Below, in pieces: positions 27,766-32,000 of a stretch of 32,000 nt of DNA (positions are counted from its first letter, which is position 1; the number at the start of each line of letters is the position of its first letter). The stretch is from Schaalia odontolytica. Lineage in GTDB: Bacteria; Actinomycetota; Actinomycetes; Actinomycetales; Actinomycetaceae. The notes below the pieces were generated by a model, which was not told the DNA's origin, did not search any database, and was given only the letters and a program-made list of their open reading frames with translations. The stretch covers positions 2,040,001 through 2,072,000 of the forward strand of contig NZ_CP040006.1 in NCBI RefSeq assembly GCF_005696695.1, given 5' to 3'. The position numbers and the translations under genes are program-made.

Positions 27766-29178
27766 TCACTCGCCTTCGCACGTACTGCCCTGCGCACTCC
27801 CCTTGGGCTCGACACCTGGCGCAGGGTCCGGAGCCACCGGGAACGACGAGGCCGGCGCGACTCCTGTGGACGCGCCCGAGCGGACGACGGGAAGGGGCAC
27901 GAAGGCCGGCATCGGCCTCTTCTTGGCGCTCTTCGCGACCAGCCAGCGCAGCGCCCACTCAGCGGGACCGCGCGACGATCCCAAAGCCTCGGCGATGGCG
28001 CAGCCCACGCCGATCAGCGCCCACACGACGAGCGCGATCAGGCCGGACACGGCGACGCCCAACGAGCGCACACCAAACGAGATCGACAACCCACAGATGA
28101 GGATGAAGAGCAGCGTCTGGGACAGGTAGGCGGTCATCGAACGACGACCGATCGCGCTGAGGAAAGCGCACGCGGTGCCCAGCTTCTCGCGCGGGCCGCC
28201 GCCCACGAGGGCCAGAAGCGCCAGCCAGCCGCACGCACCCGCGACCCCCGAAGCATGGAACAGCGGGTAGGACCAGGCGGCCGAGCCAGCGAATGCCCAA
28301 TCCAGCTGCATGAGCGCGAAAGGCAACCCTCCGAGTGCTCCGATCCCCAGGCCGCACGCCGCGATGCCGGACAGCAACGCCCCACGCCCACGCGGGTCCT
28401 GGAGGAGGCCCCAGCGCGCCACGCCCACGCCGATCATGACGCAGGGAACCACCAGAGCCGTGAGGACAGTCATCGGCGTCGCGATGAGCCAGGAGGCAAC
28501 AGACACCAGCGGATACCCCACGTCCAGCGATACAGGATCGTGGAACTCCAACATCATCGGTTCTCGGCCCATGAACGCCGCCATCGACCAGATTCCCAGC
28601 AGACTTAAGGAGCCAATGAGTGCGCCGACCAGCACACGCACCCATGCGCGCGTCATGACGATCACCTCAGCAAAAACCACCGCAACCAGGCCATACGCCC
28701 CGATGATGTCACCCGAGAAGAAGACAGCATGCACCAGGCCGAAGGCCAGCATCCACCAGCCGCGACGGCGAATCAGGCGCGAGGCCGTGCGGCGCGCATA
28801 ACGCTCGACGTTCTCCTCGACAATCTGTCGTTGGACGGGATGCCAGCCGGCAACCTCCTCGGCAGTGAAGGTCTCCATGGCGGCCCGGCGCTCACGTTCC
28901 ATCGTGCGCGAGGCCATGATCGCCATGCCGAAACCGAACAGGATCGAGAACAGCGGGTAGGCCCTGCGATCAACGAACAGGGTCCGCGCCAGGTACCACC
29001 ACTGGTCGGCGCTGCCCATCGCCGCAAGCGCCGCATGCCCGGCGTGAGGCGCCTCCGGGAAGTACCTGAGCCAAAAGGGGACGTTTGCGAGCGCAATGAG
29101 CGCGAGCATGAAGCCGCGCGCGACGTCGGGGGCCGGGTATCGAAGCTGGCGTTCTCCCGTGAAAGACAGGGTGTCCAT
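27766..29178 (-). CDS. DUF418/YeiB-like polytopic membrane protein (possible acyltransferase-3-related)
   Basis: ATG 29178 (MDTLSFTGERQLRYPAPDVARGFMLALIALANVPFWL...) has AGGAAGGA upstream. About 10-12 hydrophobic helices. The N-terminal block DxARGxxLxxIxxxN and the length fit the DUF1624/DUF418 family as I recall it. Confidence 0.65.
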   Translation of the reverse strand: MDTLSFTGERQLRYPAPDVARGFMLALIALANVPFWLRYFPEAPHAGHAALAAMGSADQWWYLARTLFVDRRAYPLFSILFGFGMAIMASRTMERERRAAMETFTAEEVAGWHPVQRQIVEENVERYARRTASRLIRRRGWWMLAFGLVHAVFFSGDIIGAYGLVAVVFAEVIVMTRAWVRVLVGALIGSLSLLGIWSMAAFMGREPMMLEFHDPVSLDVGYPLVSVASWLIATPMTVLTALVVPCVMIGVGVARWGLLQDPRGRGALLSGIAACGLGIGALGGLPFALMQLDWAFAGSAAWSYPLFHASGVAGACGWLALLALVGGGPREKLGTACAFLSAIGRRSMTAYLSQTLLFILICGLSISFGVRSLGVAVSGLIALVVWALIGVGCAIAEALGSSRGPAEWALRWLVAKSAKKRPMPAFVPLPVVRSGASTGVAPASSFPVAPDPAPGVEPKGSAQGSTCEGE

Positions 29179-29212
29179 GGCGTCCTTCCTCGTGGTGGTG
29201 TTAGTGCGACAA

Positions 29213-29250
29213 AGGGGCGAGGCCGGAGAGTCTGTCCGGGCCTCGCCCCT
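29213..29250 (-). terminator. Hairpin terminator after paralog A
   Basis: AGGGGCGAGGCC (29213-29224) pairs with GGCCTCGCCCCT (29239-29250), 17 nt after the stop at 29267. Outer GTGCGAC/GTCGCAC pairing extends the stem. Confidence 0.65.
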
Positions 29251-29266
29251 GATCACGTCGCACGGG

Positions 29267-29980
29267 TCAGTACATCGCTGACATCATGGCCTGCTGCTGA
29301 AGCTCTTTGGTCTTACTGCCGGCTCGAACCACGAGGACGATACCGACGATCAGCAGGACGATGCCAGTGACGCCAACCACGGTGCTCCACAGGAACGCGC
29401 CGGTGGTCGAACCCACCATCTCCTCACCGCTCGCGGGAAGTCCCGTGATCCGTGCGGTGGACGGCAGGCCCTGGCACTGGATCCTGTAAGTACCCTGCGC
29501 CAGACCATCGAGGTAAAACACCTCCCCACTGCCCTGCAGCTGCTTCATCTCGAAGCTCTGGTTGCTTGCATTGATCAGCGCGCACGAGGACGCCTTATCG
29601 GGAGAGAGAGACACCGTGTAGCTACCGTTAGCGCCAACCTCGACGTTCCCACCGTTCGATACGACAGCGCCAGCGGCCATGTTTTCAGCTATGCCCGTAA
29701 GCCCCTGGAACATGAGGACGAAGAAAAGGATGGGGGCGGCGACAAAAGACGCGAGGACGCCCAGGACGATGAGAATGGTGCCGGGGGCCTTGCTGGGGCC
29801 CTTCACGATCGGCATCGGGGCCGGACCACCGTAGCCTCCACCCTGGAAGTTCTGAGGTCCTCCCTGCATCGGCATGCCCTGCATGGGCATACCCTGCATC
29901 GGAGCTCCCGCTCCGTTGTCACCGTACTGGGGCCAGGGTGTGCCCTGATTGCCCGGGACACCGTAGGTGGGATTCGACAT
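29267..29980 (-). CDS. Uncharacterised 2-TM membrane protein, paralog A (Pro/Gly/Gln/Met-rich N-terminus, extracytoplasmic two-Cys domain)
   Basis: 237 aa with AGGAAGG RBS. MSNPTYG..., a (MQGMP)x3 repeat, TM1 ILIVLGVLASFVAAPILFFVLM, an approximately 105-aa loop containing SSCALINASNQSFEM ... GTYRIQCQG, TM2 WSTVVGVTGIVLLIVGIVLVV, and a basic tail ending QQQAMMSAMY. Confidence 0.7.
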   Translation of the reverse strand: MSNPTYGVPGNQGTPWPQYGDNGAGAPMQGMPMQGMPMQGGPQNFQGGGYGGPAPMPIVKGPSKAPGTILIVLGVLASFVAAPILFFVLMFQGLTGIAENMAAGAVVSNGGNVEVGANGSYTVSLSPDKASSCALINASNQSFEMKQLQGSGEVFYLDGLAQGTYRIQCQGLPSTARITGLPASGEEMVGSTTGAFLWSTVVGVTGIVLLIVGIVLVVRAGSKTKELQQQAMMSAMY

Positions 29981-30125
29981 GCGCGTGCCTTCCTAAAGGA
30001 AATTTTACTTAAGCATAACAATGCGGCACGCGGACTGAACAGTGCGCCGACGCGATTGGAACGCTCAGATAACCCTCGATCGTACGCTGTTTCCTGCCGT
30101 GGGGGAAAGCGTCAGAGGGAAGCGC

Positions 30126-30170
30126 AAAGGGGACGAGGCCCGGGATAGCTCCCCAGGCCTCGTCCCCTTT
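30126..30170 (-). terminator. Hairpin terminator after paralog B
   Basis: AAAGGGGACGAGGCC (30126-30140) pairs perfectly with GGCCTCGTCCCCTTT (30156-30170) across a 15-nt loop, 13 nt after the stop. Confidence 0.7.
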
Positions 30171-30182
30171 GTGGACCTTGAG

Positions 30183-30839
30183 TCAGCGCACGGCGCTCAG
30201 CATGGCTTCCTGCGTGATGCGGCGGCGCTTGCCGTTCACCTTCACCAGGAGAACGATACCGACGATCAGGACGATCAGACCGGTGACACCGACGACGGTT
30301 CCCCACACGAAGGGCATGGCGAAGACCTTTGCCACAACCTCAGGCGATGCGTTGAATGCGGTGATGTTCGCACCGCTGGCGATGCCGTCACACTGCAGCA
30401 CGTACGAGCCCGCGGGCACGTGCTCCACCAGGTACACGTCCTCGCTGCCAGCGTAGGGTTCCAGCTCGTAGCTCTTGTCGTCTGCGCCGACCAGCGAGCA
30501 GGAGGGATCCTTGTGCGCGTCGCCGCGCACCATGAAGACGCCGTCCGCGGTCACGGTGACGACGCTGCCATTGGCGGTGGTGCCGCCCTTGACCGCATTA
30601 CCCTCAGTACCGGCGATACCGGCGATCATCGTGGCAAAAAAGACGACCGGCGCGATGATAACCATGAGCACCACGCCGAGAACGAGCGTGGTAATAGCGC
30701 CGCCTCGACCGGGCAGCTTCGGCATGGCCACGGGCGCGGGAGCGCCGTAGCCCTGCGGGGCTGCGGCACCCGGGTAGGAGGTGCCGTTCGTGGGTACCGC
30801 GTTCTGCTGGTCCGCGGGACCGTAGGAGGGATTCGACAT
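30183..30839 (-). CDS. Uncharacterised 2-TM membrane protein, paralog B
   Basis: The start is at ATG 30839 (MSNPSYG..., GAAAGG RBS), matching the N-terminus of paralog A. The track start at 30863 adds 8 residues. The architecture is the same as paralog A: TM1 TLVLGVVLMVIIAPVVFFATM, a loop with PSCSLVGADDKSYEL ... GSYVLQCDG, TM2 WGTVVGVTGLIVLIVGIVLLV, and a tail ending TQEAMLSAVR. Confidence 0.7.
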   Translation of the reverse strand: MSNPSYGPADQQNAVPTNGTSYPGAAAPQGYGAPAPVAMPKLPGRGGAITTLVLGVVLMVIIAPVVFFATMIAGIAGTEGNAVKGGTTANGSVVTVTADGVFMVRGDAHKDPSCSLVGADDKSYELEPYAGSEDVYLVEHVPAGSYVLQCDGIASGANITAFNASPEVVAKVFAMPFVWGTVVGVTGLIVLIVGIVLLVKVNGKRRRITQEAMLSAVR

Positions 30840-30973
30840 GTCTATGCCTTTCTGATGAGACATCTACTTGACTCGTGAGTAAGCCGCGCAGATTGACGAG
30901 AACGTGCCAACATAGCACACCGGCGACCGCTGCGCGGAATCGGCGGTGAAAAATTCCGAGTTCTGGTCGCGTA

Positions 30974-31714
30974 TCAGCTTAGCGAAACTCCGCTCAGGCG
31001 TTCCTCCCGCAGCTCAGCGACACCCGGCACGTCGAGCGGCTCCAGCGTTGCGCCCGTAGCGCGCTCAAGCAGCAGGTCCGCCAGCTCGGGGTTACGAGCC
31101 AGAGCGGGACCGTGCATGTAGGTGGCGATGACGGACCCCTGAACGGCGCCGTCGTAGCGCACCTCGGGCGCTTCCTCTCCCTGGGGTGTGCCGTTTCCGA
31201 CGCCCGAGATGACGCGTCCCAGCGGGGAGGCATCGGGGCCGAGAACGGTGCCACCACCGTGGTTTTCGAAGCCGGTGAGGGTCTGGGTCAAGCCGTCGAG
31301 GACGGGCTCACAGACGAGCTCGCCGATCGCTCGGTGTCCCTGGGGGCGCGTCGTAATGTCGAGGACGCCCATGCCGGGAACGCGCACGCCGCGAGCATCC
31401 TCGTACCAGTGGCCGAGAACCTGCAGGGACGCGCAGATCGCGAGGAGGGGGCGCCCCGCGTCGAGGGCACGGGCGAGACCGGAGGTGCCGCGGAACTTGT
31501 CGGCCGCGAGTGCCTGAGCGGTATCTTCACCACCTCCGAGAGTGTAAATGTCCAGGCTGTCCGGGATCTCCTCGGTCAGGCCGACGTGGACGACCTCGGC
31601 ATCAATGCCGCGCCTGCGGGCACGCTCGGCGAGGATCAGCGCGTTGCCGCTGTCGCCGTAGGTGCCCAGGACCTCGGGCATGAGGACGCCGATTCGCAGC
31701 ATGGAGGTGCTCAT
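30974..31714 (-). CDS. gatD: Lipid II isoglutaminyl synthase, glutamine-hydrolysing subunit GatD (CobQ-type glutamine amidotransferase)
   Basis: LRIGVLMPEVLGTYGDSGNALIL, the nucleophile region LLAICASLQVLG, GFENHGG and YMHGP align by eye with S. aureus GatD blocks. ATG 31714 overlaps the murT stop (ATGA) and has AAGGAAGG upstream. ATG 31702 is an alternative start. Confidence 0.85.
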   Translation of the reverse strand: MSTSMLRIGVLMPEVLGTYGDSGNALILAERARRRGIDAEVVHVGLTEEIPDSLDIYTLGGGEDTAQALAADKFRGTSGLARALDAGRPLLAICASLQVLGHWYEDARGVRVPGMGVLDITTRPQGHRAIGELVCEPVLDGLTQTLTGFENHGGGTVLGPDASPLGRVISGVGNGTPQGEEAPEVRYDGAVQGSVIATYMHGPALARNPELADLLLERATGATLEPLDVPGVAELREERLSGVSLS

Positions 31715-32000
31715 CGCGTGCCTTCCTTTCGATCGAGCAGGACCTTGAAGTCGCGCATGGCCGTGTAGTTGAGGAGCATCTCGACGCGGCCGGGCTCGCA
31801 CGCGGCGAGGGCGTCCATGGGCAGCGGAACGAGGTCGCAGTGGACGCCCGCATATTCGAGGCGCACGGCCAGGTCGGCGCCGCGCTCACCGCAGGCTACG
31901 ACGCGGCGGCCGGGCTGCTTGACGGCGGAAAAGTCGACGTCCCACAGCCAGGAGAGGTCCTGGCCGTCGGGCACCTGGCCGTTGACACCGATGACAACCT
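31711..32000 (-). CDS. murT: Lipid II isoglutaminyl synthase subunit MurT (Mur ligase family), C-terminal fragment; 5' end beyond right window edge
   Basis: The frame is open to base 32000 (...VVIGVNGQVPDGQDLSWLWDVDFSAVK...). The C-terminal DUF1727-type block DxSWxWDVDF and translational coupling to gatD support the call. Confidence 0.8.
   Translation of the reverse strand, partial: VVIGVNGQVPDGQDLSWLWDVDFSAVKQPGRRVVACGERGADLAVRLEYAGVHCDLVPLPMDALAACEPGRVEMLLNYTAMRDFKVLLDRKEGTR

Overview
High-GC actinobacterial chromosome segment. Codon usage and gene content look Actinomycetaceae-like, but I cannot verify that here. The window is densely coding and mostly core genome. I support 24 protein genes (two cut by the window edges) plus one doubtful small ORF. 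I see no rRNA or tRNA, no CRISPR array, and no transposase, integrase or phage genes. Genes from left to right: membrane-anchored DsbA-like CxxC oxidoreductase (partial); Ser/Thr kinase with a polytopic C-terminal domain; orphan MalK/MsiK-type sugar ABC ATPase; DUF4032 kinase-fold protein; cytosolic glycerophosphodiesterase; acidic membrane-tethered hypothetical; flotillin; class II fructose-bisphosphate aldolase; about 1000-aa secreted GH20 hexosaminidase with lectin modules; TrmH/SpoU methyltransferase; HAD-IIA hydrolase; pyrE; an SDR; about 1025-aa surface protein with two TIGR03769-type domains and a Pro/Ala/Asp tandem-repeat stalk; xthA; a TetR plus serine-hydrolase operon; clpB with an HspR-type HAIR operator; YbjN-like protein; DUF418 membrane protein; two tandem paralogous 2-TM proteins; gatD; murT (partial). 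The fba / trmH / pyrE / clpB order matches the conserved actinobacterial core arrangement (compare M. tuberculosis Rv0363c to Rv0384c, from memory). I do not see a clear-cut new multi-gene system. Four leads seem most worth following. (i) A Fur-family (Zur-like) palindrome sits over the promoter of the orphan TIGR03769 surface protein. (ii) An 860-bp gene-free spacer between convergent genes holds a symmetric array of four 22-bp elements phased at 42 bp, plus other repeats. (iii) A tandem pair of uncharacterised 2-TM paralogs lies between murT-gatD and a DUF418 protein. (iv) An acidic membrane-tethered protein and a small ORF are divergent from flotillin. The long antisense ORFs in the track are treated as high-GC artefacts.
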